Shown here in pieces: positions 21,378-31,656 of a stretch of 32,357 nucleotides of DNA. Both the position numbers and the translations under genes were made by a program. How positions within the stretch are numbered: the first letter of the stretch is position 1; each line of letters opens with the position of its first letter. The notes under the pieces were generated by a model that had not been told where the DNA came from, made no database searches, and saw only the letters and a program-made list of their open reading frames with translations. The stretch is from Thraustochytrium aureum (lineage: Eukaryota). The DNA is taken from NCBI GenBank assembly GCA_012862495.1, contig BLSG01000077.1, positions 103,663 through 136,019 on the forward strand, given 5' to 3'.

Positions 21378-22370
21378 CTAAATAATGTCCTTGCTTCGTT
21401 TCTTCTTCTTTCCGACGCCCTTGGCTTGAAACGCCTGCCAGCCCTGCTTCTTGTCCTCCAGGACGAGCTCCTTTTGCGCCTGGCGCGTCTGCTTTTTCAG
21501 CTTGTTGAGAGTGCCCAGCTTGCGCCGCTTGACAGCCTCCGAGTCGCCGTCGCGAACTTGGAGGTGGCGCGGCACCTCCGCGACTGCAATGCTGCCGCTT
21601 GCATCTGGGGCGGTCTCAAAATCAGGTTCGAGGTGCTCAAAGGCGACCTGCTCCTGACTTTTGTACTTGGAGTACTGCACCACGCACCCGTGCGGCGTGA
21701 CGCTCATCACAAGCGCCGGGTACCACTTTTCATCACCGGAGAACCGCGCATTGCACCGCAAGCCGATTCGCAGCTTCGAGCGCTCGTACGCAGCCTTGCC
21801 TTTGATCGGCCGCACGCAGCTAGCTGCGAGGAGCTTCTCGCTCGAGTCGTGCAGCAGCTGCACTGTGGCGAGGCCGCGCTCGTTTTCATAGGCCTCGAGG
21901 ACAGCACCTTGCCACACATTGAGGCCGTTGTCGTAGGCCTCGCATCGCGCCCCCAGCAGGATGTCGTCCAGACTGCGCGCACCTCGCTTCCGGGAGGCCT
22001 CGGTTGCGCTGGCCGCGTTGGCCTGCAGGCCCCTTGGCAGCCCTTCGATGACCTGCTCGAGCGTTTCCTCCGCGCCTGCCGGTACCGAAGACCGCAGTGG
22101 CTCTGCGAGCGCGCGCCCTGGCAGGCTTTCAACAGTCGTCGCCGGGTCGGCGCGCACCTGCGACGCGGTTGCCGCTTCAGCAACCTGCTCGCGGTCAACG
22201 CCGTCCTCCTCCTCCTCCTCCTCCTCGTCCTCGTCCTCGCTGCCACCGCGCGCGAGCTCGAGCGCCTCTACGAGCGTGGCCCTGAGCGCCGCATATCCTC
22301 CATTCCCTGGGTCTCCAGCGAGCAGCGCGTCCACGTCGGCGAGCTGCTTTTCCAAGTCAGCGACGTCCAT
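21378..22370 (-). CDS. SMNDC1: Splicing factor SPF30/SMNDC1-like Tudor-domain protein
   Basis: N-terminal QL.DV..LL..DP.N....LR..L.E.L.L helix. Tudor domain IGLRCNARFSGDEKWYPALV..CVVQYSKYKSQEQV, with a second degenerate Tudor upstream (GARCEAY...WQGAVL). C-terminal L.V..GDSE.VK..K and KQGWQAF. The 3' end could be extended by a frameshift. Confidence 0.82.
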   Translation of the reverse strand: MDVADLEKQLADVDALLAGDPGNGGYAALRATLVEALELARGGSEDEDEEEEEEEDGVDREQVAEAATASQVRADPATTVESLPGRALAEPLRSSVPAGAEETLEQVIEGLPRGLQANAASATEASRKRGARSLDDILLGARCEAYDNGLNVWQGAVLEAYENERGLATVQLLHDSSEKLLAASCVRPIKGKAAYERSKLRIGLRCNARFSGDEKWYPALVMSVTPHGCVVQYSKYKSQEQVAFEHLEPDFETAPDASGSIAVAEVPRHLQVRDGDSEAVKRRKLGTLNKLKKQTRQAQKELVLEDKKQGWQAFQAKGVGKKKKRSKDII

Positions 22371-23152
22371 CCCGCCGCCGCCGGACCTCCGGCGCCCCAG
22401 CCCACCGTCCTCTCCACCACCAGCACCAGCACCAGCNNNNNNNNNNNNNNNNNNNNNNNNNNNNNNNNNNNNNNNNNNNNNNNNNNNNNNNNNNNNNNNN
22501 NNNNNNNNNNNNNNNNNNNNNNNNNNNNNNNNNNNNNNNNNNNNNNNNNNNNNNNNNNNNNNNNNNNNNNNNNNNNNNNNNNNNNNNNNNNNNNNNNNNN
22601 NNNNNNNNNNNNNNNNNNNNNNNNNNNNNNNNNNNNNNNNNNNNNNNNNNNNNNNNNNNNNNNNNNNNNNNNNNNNNNNNNNNNNNNNNNNNNNNNNNNN
22701 NNNNNNNNNNNNNNNNNNNNNNNNNNNNNNNNNNNNNNNNNNNNNNNNNNNNNNNNNNNNNNNNNNNNNNNNNNNNNNNNNNNNNNNNNNNNNNNNNNNN
22801 NNNNNNNNNNNNNNNNNNNNNNNNNNNNNNNNNNNNNNNNNNNNNNNNNNNNNNNNNNNNNNNNNNNNNNNNNNNNNNNNNNNNNNNNNNNNNNNNNNNN
22901 NNNNNNNNNNNNNNNNNNNNNNNNNNNNNNNNNNNNNNNNNNNNNNNNNNNNNNNNNNNNNNNNNNNNNNNNNNNNNNNNNNNNNNNNNNNNNNNNNNNN
23001 NNNNNNNNNNNNNNNNNNNNNNNNNNNNNNNNNNNNNNNNNNNTAAAGCCCTCCAGCGCAGGGCCTTGCTCTCTCCCTCGCAGGGCCCAGCGCTCTGCTC
23101 TTGGCGCCCCGCTCGCAGCTCCCAGCTCTCTGCTCTGGGCGCCTGCCAGTTG

Positions 23153-24430
23153 CTAGGCCAACGGCGCGCCGCACGCGGACAGCTGGCTTCGCAGGGCGGC
23201 CACGAGCGCTTCTTCAGCGCTGGCGGCCTGGATCAACTCTTCGATCGCTTCTCGGGACCTGCTCTCTTCGCGAAAGCGAACCGCGTCCGCCTCAAGCTCG
23301 GATGCGACCCAACCCAGAGCCAACTCGTCCAACGCCTTGTCCTTGTCCTTGGCCCAACTCACACCTCGCGCGCAAATCTCCTTGCGCAAGAGGGCGCGGA
23401 GCTCCGCTCGCTCGTCCGTGCCAGCGCCAGCCTCGAGCGGCCGCGGCAGGCGCAGCCGCCAGAGCCCGTCGCCAAGCCATTCGTGGTGGCCACCAGGGTC
23501 GCGCTCAAGCAACGCAACTTGCTCACTGGACAACGCGCCAACGAGCCTCGGCGCCAGCGCGGTCAGTGCCGCAACGCAATCGCTGCCGTTCTCGTTTTCC
23601 TCGGATCCGCCCTCGCCAAGCGTTGCGCGGGTACGCGCAAGTCGCGCCTCCAGGTCCCTGACTTGTGGCTTGAGCTCGTCATCAAGGACGGCTTGGAGCC
23701 CAAGCGCGCGGTCTTCTGCTCTGCGCCGGACGGCGACGAGGTAGGCGATTTGCTGGCGCTCGCGTGAAATCATGGCTTGGATCAGATCCAGCTGCTCGCG
23801 CTGGGCGGTGTCGCGCTCCAGGCCCTCAGCGTGAGCCTGGTTCGATCGTTGCAGCTCCTGCAGGAGGTCGATGCACTCGTTGCCAATTTGGCTCGTTGCC
23901 TCGCTCAGACGGCTGGCCTCTTGAGCCACTCGCTGCGACGCGCTGTGCTGCTCTGCGGCGCCTTGCAACAAGCTGGCCCTGCGCTCCTCCAAGGTTGAGG
24001 CAGCTTGCTCGAGAGCGCTGAGCTGGTGCCACGCCTCGCGCGAGAGCGGATTGGTCGCCAAGCGCTGGAGCAAAAGCAGCTCGACGTCAGCGCCCAACAC
24101 CTCTTTCGCAGCTCACCTGATCCACCCCGCCGGCGAGCAAGCCCGGCGATCCAAACTCACGTTCGCGAGCTCGTCTCGCTTCGACACGATCTCCATCAGA
24201 TCAGCCTCATGCCGCTCGATCCTCTCCTCGGTCTGCCGCAGCGCCGCGCGGCACAGCTTGACCTTCCTCTGCGCAATCCTATGCGCCGCGCGCTGCCTCG
24301 CTCGCCGAGCGCGCCTGCGTCAGGCCAGTTGCACGCGGGCTCGTCGGCCCAAAACCGCCTAAAACGGCCAGCTGGCGCGTTCCCGCCCCGACCAACTCAC
24401 CTCGCGTGCGAACACGGCCGACACGTCCAT
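23153..24430 (-). CDS. Uncharacterised coiled-coil protein, at least 3 exons (start and end uncertain)
   Basis: Heptad-rich ORF 23153-24064. Exon 24161-24314 (AHRIAQRKVKLC..DELAN) splices in frame to RLATNPLSREAWHQ. The first exon has a frame ambiguity (candidate ATG 24430, MDVSAVFARE). No recognisable family. Confidence 0.6.
24065..24160 (-). other. Spliceosomal intron (96 bp)
   Basis: Minus strand GTGAGT ... CTGAC ... CTTTTGCTCCAG; phase 0 join keeps the frame. Confidence 0.8.
24315..24400 (-). other. Spliceosomal intron (86 bp)
   Basis: Minus strand GAG|GTGAGT ... CCTGACGCAG. Confidence 0.7.
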
Positions 24431-24902
24431 GGCCCCAGCCGAGCAGCGCCTTCCGCTGCCAGCGCCTGCAGCTGCTCGCGTCTCTGCCGCCCGCGCGCGA
24501 TGCTGCTGCGACCGGCTGCGCGAGCGACGCCGTCCTCGTGTTGCTGCGTTGTCGGGTTCTGCTCGGGCTCAGCCTGGACTCTCTTTCCTTCCTCCCGTCC
24601 TGGCTGGCTGGCTGGGCTGGCTGGCTGGCCGGCTGGCCGATGTCGAGTCTCGCGCCCGGCTGCGCCGAGCTGCCCAGGCGGCGAGGGACGTGCGCGCGGC
24701 GTGCTGCTCGGGTGGGTTCTGCCGGGTGTGGGTTCTGCCGGGCGTGGGGCGAGGTCGGCCGGGTTGTGCATTGGGTGCGATATGCGATATGCCAAGGGCT
24801 GGTGGCCTGCGCCGGCAGTATGCGCCAGCGGGTGCCGCTGCTGGCGCAAGGCCTTGCGGAGGGCGCGAGTAAACCAAACATACGTTGCGTTGCTTTTGCG
24901 GG

Positions 24903-25820
24903 CTACATGAAATAGCTCACTTGGCGCCCTTTCACGCCGTGGTCGGCGTTGGCCACCTCGCGAAAAATTCTAAACTCGCGCTCCAGGTTTTCGTCAAAGC
25001 AGAGGATCGCAGCCACGTTGCCGCAGCGGTAGCAATAGTTGGGCGCGCTCCAGACCGTGACAAGGTTCTGCTCGGGAAAGTGGTACTTGAAGCCCTCTTG
25101 CACGAGCTGGTGCGCCCGACAAATGAGCTCGAGACGGTTGATGTGGTTGAACTGCGTGGCCACCTTGGCCCCAAACAGGTAGCCTGCGCCGCGCGGCGAC
25201 ATGCACCAGTTATCGATGTCCTCCGGGTCTGACCACATCAGGTCCGTGAACGAGCCCTCCTGCGGAATCTCCTGCAAGCGGTCAATTGTACGGATCTGGT
25301 CGATTGTTTTGATATCCGGGCTGAGGCCGCCGTGCACGGCGAGCACACGGCCGTCGATGAGCGCAGAGACGTTGAGGTAGTCAAACACTTCGGTGCAGTA
25401 CTTCCACGGGTTGGCGTTGCCGTACTTGCGGATGCACTCGTCGTAAAACCCATAAACTTGCGTGATCTGGCGGCTCTCGTGGTTGCCCCGAAGCAGCGTA
25501 ATATGGTCGGGGTACTTTGCCTTGAGGCACAGCAAAAGCTCAAAGCTCTCCACGCTGTTGTACCCACGATCCACAAAGTCGCCCATAAAAATGTACTTCT
25601 TCTCCGGGATCTCTCCGCCGGTCCGGAAAAGCTCCATCAGGTCGAAGAACTGGCCATGGATGTCCCCGCACACGATCACTGGGCTGCTCACCGGGTGCAC
25701 ATTCGACTCCTCCAGGAGAATAGACTTGACGATCTCGCAGATCTTGCGCAACTCGCCTTCTGGCAGGAACTCACCGCGCTTGATCGCCTCCAGCGCCTCG
25801 TCCACGAGCCCGCCGCCCAT
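24903..25820 (-). CDS. PPP6C: Serine/threonine protein phosphatase 6 catalytic subunit (PP6/Sit4)
   Basis: PPP motifs GDIHG, GDFVDRG, GNHE, HGG, RAHQ and SAPNYC. PP6/PP4-type features [37 protein letters not shown] and RAHQLVQEG; the EESNV.PV, TGG and QLVQEG pattern favours PP6. ATG at 25820; intronless. Confidence 0.93.
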   Translation of the reverse strand: MGGGLVDEALEAIKRGEFLPEGELRKICEIVKSILLEESNVHPVSSPVIVCGDIHGQFFDLMELFRTGGEIPEKKYIFMGDFVDRGYNSVESFELLLCLKAKYPDHITLLRGNHESRQITQVYGFYDECIRKYGNANPWKYCTEVFDYLNVSALIDGRVLAVHGGLSPDIKTIDQIRTIDRLQEIPQEGSFTDLMWSDPEDIDNWCMSPRGAGYLFGAKVATQFNHINRLELICRAHQLVQEGFKYHFPEQNLVTVWSAPNYCYRCGNVAAILCFDENLEREFRIFREVANADHGVKGRQVSYFM

Positions 25821-26573
25821 CCTCGCCCCGCGCGCTCGAGGCCGCCTCCCTCGCGGTCTCGCGCGCACGCCAGACGGCTCGTTTTGTGCGTCGTCGTTCA
25901 GCGCAGCCCGGTCCACGAGCACCTCCGGAGCACCTCCTGGCCGCGTCCACGCCCAGCCTCCGCCGTGCCACCACGCTCGCGTGCGTGCGCCCCTTCTGGC
26001 CGCCGCGTCTCCGGGCGCCGCGAGGCGTGCGTCCGCCTTTCCGCCGCCCCAGCACGTGGTGGGGGGGCCGACCTCAAATGCCTCGGCGGGCCACCTGCGA
26101 GCGATGGATTGATTTGATTCTCAACGCCGCGAGCGCGCAGAGGCCAGCCTCGATCGCGCAGCCGCTGCCGCCGCTGCGCCTGCTTCTGCTGCTGCCGCGG
26201 CTCGTCCCTCGAGCTGCTCGAGCGGGCAGGTGCGCTCCGCCGTGCCTTCCGGTGCCTGCTTGCTTGTTTGTGCGCCTGCAGCACCAGAGTATCGACGGGC
26301 GCAGAACGAACAGACCGAGCAACGCGGCGTGAAGGGGGTCTGCCGGGCTCTTGCACCTCGATTCGCGCCCCCTGCGGCGAGGCACCGGCTGACGGACATC
26401 GCCGTCGCGGATCTGGCCTGCGCGCGCGCGGACGCTCGTTGATAGATCATGCAAAGGTGGAGGAGAGCTTGGTGCGCCCGCCGCCCTGCGCGGACGGCGC
26501 CGAAAGCCTGCAAGAATGGAGGTGGAGCGGCAAGCTACTACGTGGTTGACTATGGGACGCCAGCTCGCTCAGA

Positions 26574-27862
26574 TCAGGGCCGGTGCGAGCCGGAAAACGC
26601 CGCGTCGATAAACTTGGTGACGCGGTCCAGGCCCGCCTGGAACTCGGGGACGCGGAAATTCGTAAAGAGCGGGTAGATGTGGACGCCGTGGGGGTGAAGC
26701 TCGGCTTCCACGCGCACCCCTGCGGCGCGCGCGCGCTCAATCACCGCGAGCGAGTCGTCCACGAGCTTTTCGCTGGTGCCCGCGCACACGTACAGGGGCG
26801 GCAGGTTGTCGTACGAGCCGAAGAGCGACGAGTTCTCCGGGTGCTCCGCGTCGAGCGCGGAAGCCGCCACCACGCCCGCGCTCGTCACGTCAAACATCGC
26901 GCGCTGCTTGAAGAAGACGTCTTTCGAGTTGACCTCCATGGACCGCGCCTGGTTCGTGAGGTCGCACCACGGCGAGAACAGCACGCCCGCGGCTGGAGCG
27001 GGGGCCTTCTCGCTCACGATGCGCATCAGCAGACCGAGCGCGAGGCCGCCGCCCGCGCTGTCTCCCGCTACCACTATTTTGCGCGGGTCGACGCCGGCGT
27101 CCTTNNNNNNNNNNNNNNNNNNNNNNNNNNNNNNNNNNNNNNNNNNNNNNNNNNNNNNNNNNNNNNNNNNNNNNNNNNNNNNNNNNNNNNNNNNNNNNNN
27201 NNNNNNNNNNNNNNNNNNNNNNNNNNNNNNNNNNNNNNNNNNNNNNNNNNNNNNNNNNNNNNNNNNNNNNNNNNNNNNNNNNNNNNGTAGTGGTACGCCG
27301 TGAGGAGCTCGTCCTGCACGCCCTTGACCGTCTTGCGCGGCGCGAGCGTGTAGTCGACGAACAGGACGCGGCAAGAGCAGACTTCGCTGAGCTTGGCGCA
27401 AAAGCCCGCGTACGACTGTTCGGTACCCGAAACGTACCCGCCGCCGTGGGCGAAGAGGATGGCTTTGTCGAGGGCGACCGCGCCGGGGTGGGCATACCAC
27501 ACCGCTTTGGTTCCATCCTCGAGCTTGACGCGCTCTGTCTTGTGGGCCGTACCTGTCCAGGCGTGGAAGAGGTTGAGTTCGTAAAACTTTTCGAAAGCGG
27601 CCACCGTCTCGGCGAAAGACATGGCCCCGCGCGGGATAGGGGTCATGTTGACGATTTCAACAAACGCAAGCAACTCTGGCGAGGCCTTGTTGGCCTCGTC
27701 CGGCTTGTCAAAGAATTCCTCTGCGCGCCGCTGCATCACGCCGCGCTTGAGCATGGCCACGCGGACCTTGTGCAGCACCTCGAACAGCGCTCGCACCACC
27801 CAAGACTTGTTGCGCACGAGCACAGCGACGGCGACCGCCGCGAGCACAACTTTGCCCTTCAT
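26574..27862 (-). CDS. Hormone-sensitive-lipase-family alpha/beta hydrolase (esterase/lipase) with N-terminal hydrophobic anchor; N-gap 27105-27286
   Basis: Oxyanion motif HGGGY, VDY.LAP, nucleophile GDSAGG, SPW.DL, acid GTSEKLVDDS and His in HGVHIY. N-terminus MKGKVVLAAVAVAVLV from ATG 27862. Confidence 0.92.
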
Positions 27863-28190
27863 CCTCGCGCCAACCACGCCGAGCCAGCCAGCCACGCAGC
27901 AGCCACCCGGCCAACCAGCCAATCGATCAAGCAATCCGTCCGTCAGTCAACCCAGCGCTCGCCCGCGATCGCCTCGGCCTCGACCTCGATCTGGCTCCGG
28001 ATGGCTGCGAGACGAGTGGGCGTCGGTCGGAAGGAGAAATAAAGAACAAGGAGCTGATCCTTGAAAGAACTACGCTGCGTGGGTTCTGTGGCGGAATTGG
28101 CGCTGCTTCGAGCCGAGCAGGCGCTCTTATTGGATGGGATGGGTTGCATGCAATGCAGTGCGCCTTCGTGGACGGCCGCGCGGCACTAGC

Positions 28191-28222
28191 TGGCAGGCAG
28201 GCAGGCAGGCAGGCAGGCAGGC
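28191..28222. repeat. (GGCA)n microsatellite
   Basis: Tandem GGCA run upstream of the membrane-protein gene; a related GGCAGGCG run lies at about 14434-14492. Confidence 0.9.
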
Positions 28223-28331
28223 TCGCGCGCTCGATCGTTTTTCACGCGGAGCTGCGCTGGCCGCTAGCCTTGGGCTGGTTTGCGGCGGTTTGCGGCCTTC
28301 GGGCCGTTTGCTCACGCTGGCGAAGAGGGTG

Positions 28332-29009
28332 ATGTCCCGGCCGCATGCGCCGCATGGCGCCAAGGACCGCCGGGACCGCAGGCTGCATGCGCGGTGGTGG
28401 AAGTGGGCGGAGAACTTGATGGTGTCGATGCTGATGGGCGCGGCGCTGTCGCTATGCATTGGGGCGATCAAGCGGGGCGTGGACTCGCCGGGGTTTGCTG
28501 AGCTGTGGGCGAAGGAGACCGCGGTGAGCACGGCGGTGGGCTTCGTCTCCTTCTTGGCGGTCGGCCCGCTGGCGAAGGCCATTGTGCGGCAGTTCGCCGA
28601 AGTTCCTGGCGGTGCACGGGACGAGGGGAAAGTCTCAATCAGGTACTTTGGAGTACTCTTTGCGTTGTTCGTTGCTGTGGGCCAGGCGTTCGTCATCACG
28701 TTTTGCATGCTCCTCTACGCCACTGGTGGCGAATTCTTCCCGGGGTTTGGGCTTGAGTGGCTCGAGCTGTGGGGCATTGCTCTCCCCATCGCCTTTGTCG
28801 CGCTACTTGGCATTGTGCCTGCCGTTCACGCAAGCCTCCGGTTGTGCGTCGTGGACCCCTTCGAAGGCGGCGAGGGCGCACAAGCGAAAACCAGGCGCTC
28901 AATGCCCACAACTCGTGCGGGCAGCGATCACTCTGTAGCTTTACCGAGCTCGCAGCCGCCGCCCGCCGCAGAGCCGCCGATTTCCGTCGTCACCATTTCC
29001 TGCAGCTAG
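28332..29009 (+). CDS. Four-TM membrane protein with two DUF2798-like repeats
   Basis: Two similar units: LMVSMLMGAALSL..G...GF..LW....V...V.F....VGP and FALFVAVGQAFVIT..G....GF..EWL..W.IALPIAF....VP. Family recognised by pattern only. Confidence 0.65.
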   Translation: MSRPHAPHGAKDRRDRRLHARWWKWAENLMVSMLMGAALSLCIGAIKRGVDSPGFAELWAKETAVSTAVGFVSFLAVGPLAKAIVRQFAEVPGGARDEGKVSIRYFGVLFALFVAVGQAFVITFCMLLYATGGEFFPGFGLEWLELWGIALPIAFVALLGIVPAVHASLRLCVVDPFEGGEGAQAKTRRSMPTTRAGSDHSVALPSSQPPPAAEPPISVVTISCS

Positions 29010-30120
29010 CGTTCTTTTAACAAAAAAAGAAAACGTAGAGCACGGAAGCACGCAGGTGGGCCGGGCAGGCACTGCCCGCTGCTAATTGGCCAAGCGCTCT
29101 CGACATCACCTCGCTGTTCGCGCGGCGCAGGCCTCCGCGTCGAGTGCCAGATACTACGTACAGTAGTAAGCTGAGAGAGTGCGTCCATGCGAACCCAACG
29201 AACAAACACAGCTCGTAACGGTAACATGCCGTAAAGAATGGGACAGCACGAAAGCGCAGTGCCCCAAGAAGCAGCGGAGCGGCAACAGGCAGCCAGGAGG
29301 CCAGGCAGCCAGGCCCAGAAGACCCCCGCCACGTCCGAAGCGCATCCGACGCCATCGGGCCCGCGACGGCGACGAGCAGCGGTGGTGCGAAGGTGAACGC
29401 GACAAGGTCGGCGCAGGGAGACCCAGCCAAGCCCAAGGCTGCGGAAAACGCGTAGATTGGGCCGCAGGCAGAATATGGTCGNNNNNNNNNNNNNNNNNNN
29501 NNNNNNNNNNNNNNNNNNNNNNNNNNNNNNNNNNNNNNNNNNNNNNNNNNNNNNNNNNNNNNNNNNNNNNNNNNNNNNNNNNNNNNNNNNNNNNNNNNNN
29601 NNNNNNNNNNNNNNNNNNNNNNNNNNNNNNNNNNNNNNNNNNNNNNNNNNNNNNNNNNNNNNNNNNNNNNNNNNNNNNNNNNNNNNNNNNNNNNNNNNNN
29701 NNNNNNNNNNNNNNNNNNNNNNNNNNNNNNNNNNNNNNNNNNNNNNNNNNNNNNNNNNNNNNNNNNNNNNNNNNNNNNNNNNNNNNNNNNNNNNNNNNNN
29801 NNNNNNNNNNNNNNNNNNNNNNNNNNNNNNNNNNNNNNNNNNNNNNNNNNNNNNNNNNNNNNNNNNNNNNNNNNNNNNNNNNNNNNNNNNNNNNNNNNNN
29901 NNNNNNNNNNNNNNNNNNNNNNNNNNNNNNNNNNNNNNNNNNNNNNNNNNNNNNNNNNNNNNNNNNNNNNNNNNNNNNNNNNNNNNNNNNNNNNNNNNNN
30001 NNNNNNNNNNNNNNNNNNNNNNNNNNNNNNNNNNNNNNNNNNNNNNNNNNNNNNNNNNNNNNNNNNNNNNNNNNNNNNNNNNNNNNNNNNNNNNNNNNNN
30101 NNNNNNNNNNNNNNNNNNNC

Positions 30121-31656
30121 GAGACCAACTTTGCTGCTTTCGAACAGAACGTCCAAGCCAACCAGTGCGTGCGCGACATTCAAGACCTTGCCGCGGCCTG
30201 CGGCGAGCCATGGGGCGCGCTCTCTTCCGAGTGGCTCTCCGAGCGGGTCTTTCTCGGGTCCACGCCGCTTTCGGTGGTGAACGACAGGACAGCCAACCAG
30301 TGGGTGCCGCTCCTGATTGACAGCATCATGTACAAGGACGTCTCCACCGGGGAGGTCTGGAGTGTGCGGCCGCCGATCAGTGCAGTGGACCCCCCCTCAA
30401 ACGTCACGCAAGCTCCCACAACAACGGCTGTAGAAACCAGCGCCCCGACCTCGGTCAACAGCACAGCCGCGCCGACGGTTTCGCCGCCCCCGACCTTCAA
30501 CTCCACGGGGCCAAGCCTTGCTCCAAGCGCTTCCCCGACTGCGTCCGGCGCTCGGCGAGCCTTGGCTGAGGCGGGCAACTCGACCTGGTGGGACGCAAGC
30601 GCGGGCGTGTGCCACAACGCGCTCGTTGGGGTGCGGTATGTCGTTCATTATGGCGCGGAAGGCCGCCTTACGGCGGTGTCAGTGGACGTCACCGTGGCCG
30701 ACCTCGTGGCACAGCCCGGGCCGCTGGCAGTGATGCAGTCTTTCGAAATCGAGTTTGTGAACGACGACTCGGTTGCGGCAGGACCCAGCACCGTGCAGCG
30801 CGTCGTCGGCGGAAACCCCGGCTACATCCAAGGCCTACCCGTTCAGGCAGGCAGCCTCGTGGAGACTGGCACTAGTGCGGAAACGCGCAAGACCGCGGTC
30901 GAATACCATCGCAGCGGCTTGCAGATGCCAGCTGCGGGAGGGCCGCGCGGCCAGTGCGCCCCCGAGCCGACGGTCAACAAGACGCAGCCCGGCGCCTGGC
31001 TCGAGGCGATGCGCTCCGCAAAGCCTGGCTCGATGCCCGTTCTGTTCGGAATCGACGCTGTCTCGAGCTGCACAGTGCAGCTCGCGGCTGTCGACTTTGC
31101 TGACATGTCCTCATGGTGCCGGGACATATCTGGGCTGCCCCAATTCTCGACGGGCGACGTCGTCGTAGGTATTTACGGAAACGCGGACCCACTCAAGGTA
31201 TGGGACTGGGTCGCCTTAAAAGTTGACTCGAGCAACTTGCTGCAAACCAAGCAGTCGCCCGCGGCGGGTATGCTGGCGTGCGAGAACGTCGTTGACCGTA
31301 TGGACATTGAGATCCTTTGGACAAAGTCGGGCGAGATCGCCAACCCGCAGCCCATGATCCTCGCGGCACGAGCGGTTCTCGGCCAGTCAACGTGGGCTTG
31401 GCGCAAGTCGCCTCGCGCTGCGGGGCGGCAGACCTTTGCCTTTACACACACGGTCACATTCATTGAGCACAAGCTCGAGGACACCGACCGGAAGCACTAC
31501 AAGCCAGAGGTGGCCCCGATCATCCCGCAGCTCCCATCGGATGTGTTTTACCCGTTCGACATTGTCAGCGGAGCAGGCCGGCCGGCCGGCAGGGCTGGCT
31601 CGGCGCTCATGGCACTAGCCCCGCTTTTCGCGCTCGCTCGCGGGCTTCAGCAGTAG
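30121..31656 (+). CDS. TCTN: Tectonic (ciliary transition-zone protein, DUF1619), 3' part; 5' part lies in gap 29482-30119 (candidate ATG 29475)
   Basis: Tectonic motifs GNPGY..G.PV.AG, PVLFG.D..SSC, VGIYGNADP...DWV, ILW.K.G...NPQ..I and LP.D.FYPF, with a hydrophobic GPI-signal-like C-terminus. Confidence 0.88.
   Translation, partial: ETNFAAFEQNVQANQCVRDIQDLAAACGEPWGALSSEWLSERVFLGSTPLSVVNDRTANQWVPLLIDSIMYKDVSTGEVWSVRPPISAVDPPSNVTQAPTTTAVETSAPTSVNSTAAPTVSPPPTFNSTGPSLAPSASPTASGARRALAEAGNSTWWDASAGVCHNALVGVRYVVHYGAEGRLTAVSVDVTVADLVAQPGPLAVMQSFEIEFVNDDSVAAGPSTVQRVVGGNPGYIQGLPVQAGSLVETGTSAETRKTAVEYHRSGLQMPAAGGPRGQCAPEPTVNKTQPGAWLEAMRSAKPGSMPVLFGIDAVSSCTVQLAAVDFADMSSWCRDISGLPQFSTGDVVVGIYGNADPLKVWDWVALKVDSSNLLQTKQSPAAGMLACENVVDRMDIEILWTKSGEIANPQPMILAARAVLGQSTWAWRKSPRAAGRQTFAFTHTVTFIEHKLEDTDRKHYKPEVAPIIPQLPSDVFYPFDIVSGAGRPAGRAGSALMALAPLFALARGLQQ

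Noticed and set aside
21378..23174. Single 598-aa ORF or fusion of the coiled-coil gene with SPF30
   Set aside because: Continuity exists only through a 607-N gap, and SPF30 has its own plausible ATG at 22370.
19289..31656. Ciliary gene cluster (BART protein plus tectonic)
   Set aside because: The two genes are about 10 kb apart with unrelated genes between them; no evidence of functional clustering.
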